In this document: positions 8,954 to 17,729 of the stretch, piece after piece | How positions within the stretch are numbered: position 1 is the stretch's first letter | How the letters are laid out: each line of letters begins with the position of its first letter | Assembly: GCA_963736235.1 (NCBI GenBank) | Contig: CAVTOR010000032.1 | Span: 109-64,108 of the forward strand | Source of the DNA: an uncultured Gammaproteobacteria bacterium | GTDB lineage: Bacteria; Pseudomonadota; Gammaproteobacteria; Chromatiales; Chromatiaceae | Direction: 5' to 3' | DNA: 64,000 nucleotides | The notes under the pieces: model-generated | Told to the model about the DNA's origin: nothing | Seen by the model: the letters and a program-made list of their open reading frames with translations, nothing else | Databases searched by the model: none | Made by a program: the position numbers and the translations under genes

Positions 8954-9388
8954 TCAACGCCCCGCCGTCTCGGGACCCTCGCCGCCGAAGCGGGTCGCGA
9001 AGATAACCAATGACCAGGCCGATGATGGCACCCTCGGCGGTGAACCAGAACGGAGATCGGATAACCCGTCCTCACCGAACATCGCGACGAGCATCGCCGC
9101 CATCGTGTCGTAGGCAAAGAAGGTCAGTACGAAGTTCATCCAGGCGCCCACGAACGGGGCGCGGAACCACCAGGGCAGCGGAAGCTTCAGGATCGGGTGG
9201 CGGGTATAGACGCCAAAGACCCCAATGATCGCGCCGACGGTCGTGTACCACAGCAGGATGCCCCATCGGAACAGCCAGCCCGCATCCGGGAGAAAGGACG
9301 GCAGCAGCAGAAAGCCCGCAAGGCCGAAGAGAAAGCCAATGCCCTTGCCGATGGCGATGCGTGTGGTCAAGGATGGGTTGTCGAACAT
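8954..9388 (-). CDS. integral membrane protein, family unknown
   Basis: About 4 hydrophobic helices. The last ~40 codons may be affected by compensating indels (see the rejected list). Confidence 0.5.
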   Translation of the reverse strand: MFDNPSLTTRIAIGKGIGFLFGLAGFLLLPSFLPDAGWLFRWGILLWYTTVGAIIGVFGVYTRHPILKLPLPWWFRAPFVGAWMNFVLTFFAYDTMAAMLVAMFGEDGLSDLRSGSPPRVPSSAWSLVIFATRFGGEGPETAGR

Positions 9389-9403
9389 ACCTGCTCCGAG
9401 GGG

Positions 9404-10342
9404 TTACGGGTGGATTGACTGCGTGCCATTCTGCAGGCAGCGGTCCCAGTAAGGGACGCCGGCGAAACGCGTAGCCAGGAAGTCGACAAACGCCCGAACA
9501 CGCTGGGACAAATGCCTGGTACGAGGGTAGATCGCATGGGCGTAAATTGTCGGCCATTGGAAGTCCGAAAGGATGGGGATCAGCTTCCGTTCCTCGATCG
9601 ACCGATAAAGGATAAAGCTCGGTTCCAGGACGATGCCGTGACCGTCCTCCGCGGCTTGGCGCAGGCAGTCTCCGTTGTTGGCCCGCAAACGCGCTCGGAC
9701 CTGCACGCTGCCCTGCCGGCCGGTGGAATCGGAATATGCCCAGACACCGGGGTTGCGCGCATTGGCGTAGATCAGGCAGTGGTGGTCGGCGAGCTCGGCG
9801 GGACTGCGGGGGGTGCCGTGCTCCGCCAGGTAGGCAGGACTCGCGCAGACCACATGGCGCACGGGTGCGAGCCGCCGGGCGATCAGCGTGGAATCGGCGA
9901 GCTCCGCGATCCGTACCGCCAGGTCGAACCCTTCGGCAAGCAGGTCGACCTGCCGGTCGTTGAGGTCCAGGTCGAACTCGATCCCCGGGTGCGTCCGCAG
10001 GAAGTCGTCGATAGCCGGGCCCAAGTGGTTCAGGCCGAACGAGAGGGGGACCGCCACCCGCAGCCGCCCCTGCAGATCGCCGTGTTGCTGCGAGACCGCC
10101 AGCTCCGCCTCCTCGACATCGGCGAGGATGCGCAGGCAACGCTCGTAGAAACTCCGTCCGGTGTCCGTCAGATCGAGTCGGCGGGTGGTGCGGCGAAACA
10201 GCTGGATCGACAGGCGCTCCTCCAGGTCCGCCAAGCGGCGGCTGACGGCCGACTTGGCGATGCCAAGGCGCTCCGACGCCGCTGTGATGCTGCCTGCCTC
10301 CACCACGCCGACGAAGGTGCGCATCTCTTCGAATCGATCCAT
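9404..10342 (-). CDS. LysR-family transcriptional regulator
   Basis: HTH 'FVGVVEAGSITAASERLGIAKSAVSRRLADLEERL' plus a LysR substrate-binding domain. Divergent from the azoR-like gene. Confidence 0.9.
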   Translation of the reverse strand: MDRFEEMRTFVGVVEAGSITAASERLGIAKSAVSRRLADLEERLSIQLFRRTTRRLDLTDTGRSFYERCLRILADVEEAELAVSQQHGDLQGRLRVAVPLSFGLNHLGPAIDDFLRTHPGIEFDLDLNDRQVDLLAEGFDLAVRIAELADSTLIARRLAPVRHVVCASPAYLAEHGTPRSPAELADHHCLIYANARNPGVWAYSDSTGRQGSVQVRARLRANNGDCLRQAAEDGHGIVLEPSFILYRSIEERKLIPILSDFQWPTIYAHAIYPRTRHLSQRVRAFVDFLATRFAGVPYWDRCLQNGTQSIHP

Positions 10343-10473
10343 TGTTCTCGATCGCGGGAAAGTGATTTCGCCATCGTACCCTTTATACGCCGTGGAGCAA
10401 TGCCAAACTGTCCCCTAACGGCGCGCCAAGGTGCGCCCCGGCAATTCGGCAGACACATACCCGAGGTACTCAG

Positions 10474-11133
10474 ATGCAAACGAGGAATGACCATCATCCG
10501 CGGTTCGGCAACCTGAAGGTGCTGCGCGTGGACAGCAGCGCCCGCTCGGAAGGCTCGATGAGCCGCAGGCTCGCCGACGAACTGATCGAGCAACTGCAGC
10601 AAAACGAGGGCGCGGTCGAGGTCAGGGTACGGGATCTCGCGGTCGAAGCCCCGTCCTTCGTCGATGCGGACTGGGTGGACGCCAACTTCACGCCCGCGGA
10701 GCAGCGCAGCGAGGAGCAGAAGGTGGCGCTCGCGGAGTCTGACGCCCTGGTTTCCGAACTCAAGTCCGCCGATGTCCTGGTCATCGGCGTGCCGATCTAC
10801 AACTTCGGGATTCCATCGGCACTCAAGGCCTGGGTGGACATGGTCGCGCGTGCTCGGCTCACCTTCCGCTATGCGGACAACGGCCCCGTGGGACTTCTGA
10901 AAGGCAAGCGGGCCTACCTGGCGGTCGCATCGGGCGGCACGGCGATCGGCAGTGAGATGGACTTCGCCACCGGCTACCTGCGCCATGTGTTGGGTTTTCT
11001 GGGGATCGACGATGTGCACGTCGTGGCGGCCGATCGACTGATGGCGAGGGGAGAAGAAGAGGCAGTGCGCAATGCCCGCGCGCAGATCGATCGTTTGCTA
11101 CCTGCTCCCGAGCCGCTTGCGGAGACCGCCTGA
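10474..11133 (+). CDS. azoR: FMN-dependent NADH-azoreductase
   Basis: Motifs 'LRVDSSAR' and 'VIGVPIYNFGIPSALKAWVD', flavodoxin-like fold. The start could lie a few codons downstream. Confidence 0.8.
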   Translation: MQTRNDHHPRFGNLKVLRVDSSARSEGSMSRRLADELIEQLQQNEGAVEVRVRDLAVEAPSFVDADWVDANFTPAEQRSEEQKVALAESDALVSELKSADVLVIGVPIYNFGIPSALKAWVDMVARARLTFRYADNGPVGLLKGKRAYLAVASGGTAIGSEMDFATGYLRHVLGFLGIDDVHVVAADRLMARGEEEAVRNARAQIDRLLPAPEPLAETA

Positions 11134-11176
11134 GCGGATCGAAAAACGCGATGTCCCACGGGGTCGAGTAGACAGC

Positions 11177-12130
11177 ATGAAGACGAACACGGCCGGAGCG
11201 TTCATTCGCTCGGAATCTAGCTTCCGAAACTGGGTGACGGTGGACGGTCGTCCGGGGCCGTCAGGGGAGGGCGGATTTCAGGCAGCGCCTGGGCGCTATC
11301 ACCTGTACGTGTCTTATGCCTGCCCCTGGGCCCATCGCACCCTGATCTTTCGGAAGCTGAAGGGACTGGAGCGGGCGATTTCGGTTTCAGTGGTCCATCC
11401 GCTGATGCCGGCGGAGAGTTGGGTGTTCGGAGACTATCCCGGCTCGACTCCGGACCATCTGCACGGGTTCCGGAAGCTACACCAGCTATACAACCAAAGT
11501 GCGCCTGGATTCGACGGGTTGGTGACCGTACCTGTCCTGTATGACAAGCAGTGTCGCGTCATCGTCAACAACGAGTCGTCCGAGATCATCCGCATGCTCA
11601 ACGGAGCCTTCGACGAGTGGGGACGCAAAGCCGTCGATTTCTACCCTGAACCCCTGCGCGCCGAGATCGATGCCATCAACGCGGTCGTCTACGAGAACGT
11701 CAACAACGGTGTGTACCGGGCGGGATTCGCAACGACCCAATCGGCCTATGAGGCGGCCTTCGATCGGTTGTTCGAGACACTTGATGACTTGGAGGCGCGC
11801 CTGTCAGCGCAGCGCTATCTGGTCGGAGACAGGCTGACGGAAGCCGACTGGCGGCTGTTCACGACCTTGGTGCGCTTCGATGCGGTCTACCATGGACACT
11901 TCAAGTGCAACCGCCGCCGGCTGGTGGACTATCCGAATCTCTGGGCGTACACCCGCGACTTGTACCAGGTGCCCGGCGTCTCGGAGACGGTGAACATGGA
12001 CCACATCAAACTCCACTACTACGGCAGTCACCGGGGAATCAATCCGACGGGTATCGTACCCAAGGGTCCCGAACTGGATTTTCTGGCGCCCCACGGGCGC
12101 GGTGAAGCCGGTGCACGACTCTATGCGTGA
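11177..12130 (+). CDS. glutathionyl-hydroquinone reductase (Xi-class GST, YqjG-like)
   Basis: Motifs 'RYHLYVSYACPWAHRTLI' (CPWA active site) and 'VPVLYDK...IVNNESSEIIRML'. ATG at 11177. Confidence 0.85.
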   Translation: MKTNTAGAFIRSESSFRNWVTVDGRPGPSGEGGFQAAPGRYHLYVSYACPWAHRTLIFRKLKGLERAISVSVVHPLMPAESWVFGDYPGSTPDHLHGFRKLHQLYNQSAPGFDGLVTVPVLYDKQCRVIVNNESSEIIRMLNGAFDEWGRKAVDFYPEPLRAEIDAINAVVYENVNNGVYRAGFATTQSAYEAAFDRLFETLDDLEARLSAQRYLVGDRLTEADWRLFTTLVRFDAVYHGHFKCNRRRLVDYPNLWAYTRDLYQVPGVSETVNMDHIKLHYYGSHRGINPTGIVPKGPELDFLAPHGRGEAGARLYA

Positions 12131-12171
12131 AGCCAATGGAATGACGTGATCGCGATGGCGGAGAGAGGACG

Positions 12172-12760
12172 ATGTGGGACCAGCGTTACGGCAGTGAAGA
12201 ATACGCCTACGGGACCGAGCCCAACGAGTTCCTATTTGCCATGTCATCCAGGCTGCCGATGGGCAGGGTCCTGTGCCTTGGCGAAGGAGAAGGTCGCAAC
12301 GCCGTGTGGTTAGCCCGGCAGGGTTACGAGGTGACGGCGGTGGACGCCTCACGAGTCGGGCTTGAGAAGGCGCAACGGCTCGCGGCGGAGCACGGGGTGA
12401 GGATTTCGACGGTGCACGCGGACCTTGCGGATTACGACATCGGCCGGAGGTACTCGCATGGCATCGTCTCCGTTTTCTGTCACCTTCCACCGGCTCTTCG
12501 CGCCGACGTCCACCGCCGCTGCATCGTTGGTCTGCGCCCGGCGGCGTTATGCTGCTCGAGGCCTACAGGCCGGATCAGCTGGCGCATCGGAACCGGCGGG
12601 CCGCCCGCGGCAGAGCTGATGATGGACGCAGGAAACAGTGCGCGCGGAGCTCGCCGGCCTCGAGTTTCTGCACCTGCAAGAGTGCGAACGCGAGATACAT
12701 GAAGGCGCGTTCCACGACGGGCTTGGCGCGGTCGTTCAGATGGTGGGGCGAAAGCCATAG
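12172..12760 (+). pseudogene. class I SAM-dependent methyltransferase, three frameshifts (about 12541, 12587, 12637)
   Basis: 'VLCLGEGEGRNAVWLARQGYEVTAVD' (SAM motif I) is in frame 1. The reading then passes to 'MLLEAYRPDQLAH' (frame 2), 'GTGGPPAAELMMDA' (frame 1) and 'VRAELAGLEFLHLQECEREIHEGAFHDGLGAVVQMVGRKP*' (frame 3). Confidence 0.7.
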
Positions 12761-12856
12761 GTGGTCCGCCTTTTCTGATCGCTCGCGCCGATGGTGGGCC
12801 GCCCTTTCAGGTGATCCAGAATTACCTGTTACGTGACCTTATCAGCATTCTGAAAT

Positions 12857-12875
12857 TATACGCAGATAACGTATA
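12857..12875 (+). promoter_or_regulatory. perfect palindrome TATACG-N7-CGTATA 10 nt upstream of higB (putative HigA operator overlapping a -10-like TATACT)
   Basis: Read directly from the sequence. The identical element is at 16751-16769 in front of the second copy. Confidence 0.4.
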
Positions 12876-12884
12876 CTTGTGCGC

Positions 12885-13244
12885 ATGAAGCTCGTCTTCT
12901 TCGAAACCCCGATCTTCACGCGGCTACTGCCTACCTATCTGGACGACGAAAGCTACAGAGCCCTCCAACGCCTGTTGCTGAGCTCGCCCGAGGCGGGCGC
13001 TGTCATGCCGGGCACCGGCGGTTTCCGAAAGCTCAGATGGGAGGATCCACGACGCGGAAAGGGCAAGCGGGGTGGTCTGCGGATCATCTACTTCTACCTT
13101 ACCGCGGATCGTCAGATCTGGTTCTTTACGATTTACGGAAAAGGTGAGGCCGTGGATCTCAGCCAGGAGGAGAAGAAGGCGTTGAAGAAAGCGATCCAAG
13201 CCGAGTTGGCCCTCAGGAGAAAAAGCGATGACCGGCAAGCGTAG
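12885..13244 (+). CDS. higB: type II toxin HigB-2 family (RelE/ParE superfamily)
   Basis: 'MKLVFFETPIFTRLL...GTGGFRKLRW...GKGKRGGLRIIYFYL...WFFTIYGKGEAVDLS' closely follows the Vibrio cholerae HigB-2 pattern. Toxin-first gene order. Confidence 0.8.
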   Translation: MKLVFFETPIFTRLLPTYLDDESYRALQRLLLSSPEAGAVMPGTGGFRKLRWEDPRRGKGKRGGLRIIYFYLTADRQIWFFTIYGKGEAVDLSQEEKKALKKAIQAELALRRKSDDRQA

Positions 13245-13560
13245 ATTGTTCGACGAGCTCATGGACGGCGTCGAGTCCATGGAGCGGCACCGCAAGGGCA
13301 AGATCACGCTTCGTTCAATCGAGGCCGATGATCTCGCGCCTCTCGAGATCGATGCCGAACTGATCCGTGACACCCGGGAACGGATGAATGTTTCGCGGGC
13401 GGTCTTTGCCCGTAGATTGCGAGTATCGACCCGCACGCTGGAGAACTGGGAACAGGGGCGGGCACGTCCGAACGCGCAAGCCGCCGCCCTCATCTTGATG
13501 GTAAGGAAGTATCCGGACACGCTTGAGAAACTTAGTGGTTTGGACAACCGGGCAGCGTGA
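13228..13560 (+). CDS. higA: HigA-2-type antitoxin (XRE-family HTH, COG2944-like)
   Basis: Motif 'IRDTRERMNVSRAVFARRLRVSTRTLENWEQGRARPNAQAAALILMV'. Overlaps the toxin stop by 17 nt. Confidence 0.8.
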   Translation: MTGKRRLFDELMDGVESMERHRKGKITLRSIEADDLAPLEIDAELIRDTRERMNVSRAVFARRLRVSTRTLENWEQGRARPNAQAAALILMVRKYPDTLEKLSGLDNRAA

Positions 13561-13792
13561 AGAGCAGGTTGCACGCATGGCTTCCCGAGCCACCCTTGTT
13601 CTCGCTCTGTTCATTGCATTCTTTTCTAGCGTGTATCCAAACTCCCAAGCACGGTGTTCCCGCACACCGGTCAAATCTCAGCCCCAGCGTTCTCAAAACT
13701 CCCTTGTATGTCCTTGTATTCATTTGTATCGACATGCAGGTCTGATTGTAGCGGGGAAGATTCGAAAAACGTTTAAAAACAATTGGATAAGG

Positions 13793-13853
<61 letters not shown>

Positions 13854-14186
13854 ATTTCAAAGACTTACGCATCATAGAACACCTGCAAGAGCAGGCTTGA
13901 TCGGCGGTTCACCGATTTGCATCCGACATCAGCCGTTCCGCAAGAAACAAACGTAAAACAAGAAGGTGGGGCGCAAAGCTCTCGTCGATTCGCGATATAA
14001 AAACGCCCACAGATCTTCTTCTCAAAACTTTCTTCAGACTTTCTGATAACACCGTTCTCCAGTGGCGGATTTTCCGCGGCGCTGCTGCCTTTGGCGGGTT
14101 ACTGTTGAGTGCGCGATTCTAGGCGGCGAAATGCCGTCGACGCGTTTTGCGGTCCTGTTGGTATCGTCCTCGGATCCGTGCCCCAT

Positions 14187-16673
14187 TTACTTTCCGCGTT
14201 CGAAGTCCAGCTCTAGATGAACGTTCTCGGGCGTCTCGTTTGTTCGGTAACCCATGGCGCGGTAGCCGCGCAGGCGTTTCTCGAACATTCGCGCGAGCAT
14301 CGGAACATGATCGTCAACGTAGTCCACGACGCGGACCTCATGTTTTGACGGGTGGATTCGGTGAAGTCGCCCGGCGTATTGCACTAAAGTCCCCTTCCAC
14401 GCAACCGGTAAAGTAAGAAACAAGGTGTCCAATCGCGCATCGTCGAAACCCTCACCGATGAAGCGACCGGTTGCGAGCAAGAGCCGCTCTTCGGATTCCG
14501 GAATCGATTCCAGCTGGGTTTGGACGGCACGTCGTTCTTTGGCCGAGCGGCCACCGTGCAGCACGACGATGTGCTCCACCAAGCCCAGAAGCCGTTCCTG
14601 AAGAAGTTCCAGGTGCTGCTTTCGTTCGGTCAATAAGATCGGGGAGCGTTGCTCTCCAAGTGCCTCTAACACGTCGTGGATGATCGCCGTGTTGCGGCCT
14701 TCATCGCGTGCCAGTAAACCGTAGATTTCCTGTATCGTCAGCTCATGGGCGTTCTCCGGGAACTCAAAATCCGTGTGACGGACGACCAGCCGATGCCGAA
14801 ATGGACGCTTCGCGTCCGGTATCCTCGGATCGACATTATGCCGTGTAGGACCGAGTTGCATGTGAAGGATCGGTTGGTGACCGTCTCTTCGGTGAGGTGT
14901 GGCGGTCAATCCGACGACGTAGCGAGCTTTCACCTCGGAAAGGACGCGCTCGAAGGAGACGGCCGGCAGGTGATGACACTCGTCCATGATCACCTGTCCG
15001 TATTCGGCCACAATGTCGTCGACGGCTTCTTTTCGCGCAAGGCTTTGCACCATCGCTACGTCGATCACGCCGGTCACCTTTCGCCTGCCGCCGCCGATCT
15101 GTCCGATGGACCTTGAGGGGATCCCGAGAAAGACTTCGAGCTGAGCCTTCCACTGTTCGAGCAGGGGTTGCCGATGAACGAGAATCAAGGTGTTTGTTTC
15201 CCGTGCGGCCAAGAGGTAGATTCCCAGCACTGTCTTACCGGTACCGGGAGGTGCGACCAAAACCCCTGTGTCTTGCTGCAACAGTGCTGTGGCCGCTTCC
15301 GCTTGGATGTCGGTGAGGTTGCCGCGGAAGGTCACATCGAGATGATTGCCGCTGACACGGAGATCCTCAACCACGAGCTTGCTGCCGTAGCTCTGCAGCA
15401 GATCATCAAGGTCGTCGCGGCATCCCCTCGGAAGGCTCACGTGCTCCGGGTAGTCCTCGGCGCAGTTGATAACCCTTGGCGTCAGAGCGGTGGAGAGCCG
15501 CAGAGACTGCTTCTTGTAGAACTCGGGATTCTGGAAGGCCGCCAACCGCTTGACTGCGTTTAGCAAGGGAGACGGGAGGGCCGCCTTTTCCACGTAAAGG
15601 CGTTGCGACAGTACTGCGTGAATCGTAGGCGGGATCGGTTCGCTGATGACAGGCCGCTGGGGCTTGCGCGAGGGTTCACGTAGCCAGGGCTGTAGATCCT
15701 GCTTTTCATCTCCTGCTTCGGCGATCCGCAGTCCGATGACCTGGCCGCGACTAGCAGCCGCTGCGGCGACCTCCGCAACACGTGCCGTCTCGATTCGCGG
15801 CAAGCGGGAGAGATATTCCCACTGATCGACATAGGGCTCGAAGTCGTCATCGAGGAATAGGGTGTTTCCCTCTTGTCGCGGATGAAACTGAAGGGGCAGG
15901 GCAATGAGATTGCCGAATCCGCCAGCAGGCATTGTGTCCTGATTCGGAAAGAGCCGATCGTAGGAGTTCATGTCCAGCTGATCTCGACGGGACATCGTCT
16001 CGGTGATCAAAAAGCAACCCATCTGACGTGCGATGGCGGCCGGCACCGGTTGCGCGAAGAAGAACCAGAGGTGGGCGCCGTTTCCAGACCGGGAACGCTC
16101 GATTGCGCAGGGTAGGTCAGTCGCCCAACAGGTCTCGGCGAAGGCAGTTACGTCGTCGCGCCACTTAGCCTTGTCGAAATCCACCGCGAGGAACCAACAG
16201 GTCTCGTCTGCGAGCAAGGGGTAAACACCGATGGTGTGCCGTCCTTGCAGGTGATCCAGAATGACCTGTTCCGTGACTGGCAGGAACGCCTGGTTGGGAC
16301 ACACGCTGCACTTGATGCGGGGTTTGCCGCAAACGCCTGGCCGCCACTCGTTGCTGCAGGCTGGCGAGTAGCCCTTCTTTCCGGAGCGCGTGTTGACCCA
16401 GAGCTTTGGGTATACGTCTGTCCGTCCGCGAAAGAGTCGTCGGAACAGATCGACCTTCTGTTCCGGAGACAACGGGGGTGCGTTACCCACCTGCGTCTCG
16501 GCCCCTCCAGGCGCTGCGTCGGAATCGACGGAGACGCGTTGGGTGGTGAACTCCGCTCGCAGGGACTGCAGCCGCGCGATGAGCTTCTTCTCACGCTCCT
16601 TGAGTTCTGCGAACTCCGCTTCCGCGGCGGCAATTTGTCGCAGCAACGATGGCTTTTCGCCCTGGATCGTCAT
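14187..16673 (-). CDS. archaeo-eukaryotic primase (AEP) domain - SF2 DEAD/DEAH helicase fusion protein
   Basis: N-terminal coiled coil, then a Cys cluster 'CSNEWRPGVCGKPRIKCSVCPNQ'. AEP motifs: 'WFLAVDFDK' (DxD), 'SGNGAHLWFFF' (sxH), 'GGFGNLIALPLQ'. Helicase motifs: I 'APPGTGKT', II 'DECHH', III 'LTATP', VI 'QYAGRLHR'. Confidence 0.85.
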   Translation of the reverse strand: MTIQGEKPSLLRQIAAAEAEFAELKEREKKLIARLQSLRAEFTTQRVSVDSDAAPGGAETQVGNAPPLSPEQKVDLFRRLFRGRTDVYPKLWVNTRSGKKGYSPACSNEWRPGVCGKPRIKCSVCPNQAFLPVTEQVILDHLQGRHTIGVYPLLADETCWFLAVDFDKAKWRDDVTAFAETCWATDLPCAIERSRSGNGAHLWFFFAQPVPAAIARQMGCFLITETMSRRDQLDMNSYDRLFPNQDTMPAGGFGNLIALPLQFHPRQEGNTLFLDDDFEPYVDQWEYLSRLPRIETARVAEVAAAAASRGQVIGLRIAEAGDEKQDLQPWLREPSRKPQRPVISEPIPPTIHAVLSQRLYVEKAALPSPLLNAVKRLAAFQNPEFYKKQSLRLSTALTPRVINCAEDYPEHVSLPRGCRDDLDDLLQSYGSKLVVEDLRVSGNHLDVTFRGNLTDIQAEAATALLQQDTGVLVAPPGTGKTVLGIYLLAARETNTLILVHRQPLLEQWKAQLEVFLGIPSRSIGQIGGGRRKVTGVIDVAMVQSLARKEAVDDIVAEYGQVIMDECHHLPAVSFERVLSEVKARYVVGLTATPHRRDGHQPILHMQLGPTRHNVDPRIPDAKRPFRHRLVVRHTDFEFPENAHELTIQEIYGLLARDEGRNTAIIHDVLEALGEQRSPILLTERKQHLELLQERLLGLVEHIVVLHGGRSAKERRAVQTQLESIPESEERLLLATGRFIGEGFDDARLDTLFLTLPVAWKGTLVQYAGRLHRIHPSKHEVRVVDYVDDHVPMLARMFEKRLRGYRAMGYRTNETPENVHLELDFERGK

Positions 16674-16750
16674 CTCAATGTCTCACGCTTGGCGCGGTAA
16701 CAGCGGTGCGAGAGCGGCAGGGGGCGCAGGCTTGATCAGCATTCTCAGAT

Positions 16751-16769
16751 TATACGCAGATAACGTATA
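16751..16769 (+). promoter_or_regulatory. second copy of the TATACG-N7-CGTATA palindrome, in the 105-nt divergent region between the AEP-helicase and higB copy 2
   Basis: Read directly from the sequence. Confidence 0.4.
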
Positions 16770-16778
16770 CTTCTGCCC

Positions 16779-17138
16779 ATGAAGCTCGTCTTCTTCGAAA
16801 CTCCAGTCTTTACGCGCCTACTGCCTACCTACCTGGACGACGAAAGCTACAGAGCCCTCCAACGCCTGTTGCTGAGCTCGCCGGAGGCCGGCGATGTCAT
16901 GCCAGGCACGGGGGGGTTTCGGAAGCTCAGATGGGAGGATCCAAGACGCGGAAAGGGCAAGCGGGGTGGTCTACGGATCATCTAGTACTACCTTACCGCG
17001 GATCGTCAGATCTGGTTCTTTTCGATCGACGGGAAAGATGAAGCTGTGGATCTGAGCCAAGAGGAGAAAAAAGCGTTGAAGAAAGCAATCCAAGCCGAGT
17101 TGGCCCTCAGGAGAAAAAGCGATGACCGAAAAGCGTAG
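16779..17138 (+). pseudogene. higB: higB-2 family toxin, copy 2, in-frame nonsense codon at 16983-16985
   Basis: Copy 1 reads 'atc atc tac ttc tac ctt'. Copy 2 reads 'atc atc tag tac tac ctt' (TAC to TAG). The frame stays open and homologous downstream to the TAG at 17136-17138. Confidence 0.75.
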
Positions 17139-17454
17139 CTTGTTCGACGAGCTCATGGACGGCGTCGAGTCCATGGAGCAGCACCGCAAGGGGAAGATCA
17201 CACTTCGTTCAATCGAGGCCGACGATCTCCCGCCACTCAAGGTCGACGCCGAATCGATCCGCGACACTCGGGAGCGGATGAATGTGTCGCGGGCGGTCTT
17301 TGCCCGCAGATTGCGAGTATCGACCCGCACGCTGGAGAACTGGGAACAGGGGCGGGCGCGGCCGAACGCGCAAGCCGCAGCCCTGATCTTGATGGTACGG
17401 AAGTATCCGGACACGCTCGATAGGCTCAGTGGATTGGACAACCGGGCGGCGTGA
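17122..17454 (+). CDS. higA: HigA-2-type antitoxin, copy 2 (intact)
   Basis: 110 aa, about 90% identical to copy 1 by eye. Confidence 0.8.
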   Translation: MTEKRSLFDELMDGVESMEQHRKGKITLRSIEADDLPPLKVDAESIRDTRERMNVSRAVFARRLRVSTRTLENWEQGRARPNAQAAALILMVRKYPDTLDRLSGLDNRAA

Positions 17455-17729
17455 CGAGCAGGTTGCGTTCATGGCTTCCCGAGCCGCCGTTGGCTTCACG
17501 TTATTCGTTACATTCTTCTCCCGCGTGTATCCACACTCGCAAGTACGGTTGTAAGTGATCAACAAAGCACCCGTCTCCCGCAGAACGAGGGAGCGCTCAA
17601 GCATCCGTCGGCCAGGTAATGGTTTCTGACTTTCAGAGACTTACGCGCTTGAAAATGGCGTTAGATCCATGTGCCGCGGGAAGCGCTGTCTTGATCTGTG
17701 TTTACCTTATGCCGCGTGTATGCGCTTGA

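Larger units (their letters stand above)
12838..13650 (+). repeat. direct repeat copy 1 (higBA cassette plus flanks), about 90% identical to 16731-17548
   Basis: Aligned by eye from 'cttatcagcattctgaaattatacgcagataacgtatactt' through the two genes to 'gtgtatccaaactcccaagcacggtgt'. Weaker similarity resumes at 'tttcaaagacttacgc' (about 13855-13870 versus 17632-17647). Confidence 0.8.
16731..17548 (+). repeat. direct repeat copy 2 (higBA cassette plus flanks)
   Basis: See copy 1. Begins 57 nt upstream of the AEP-helicase start codon, in divergent orientation. Confidence 0.8.

Noticed and set aside
8954-9120. Two compensating frameshifts in the membrane-protein gene. An alternative frame reads 'PFWFTAEGAIIGLVIGY', a convincing TM segment, between 'MFGEDGLSDLRS' and 'FATRFGGEGPETAGR'.
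   Set aside because: This is plausible given the indel-prone assembly. It rests on hydrophobicity alone with no homologue to align, so the uninterrupted ORF is reported as given.
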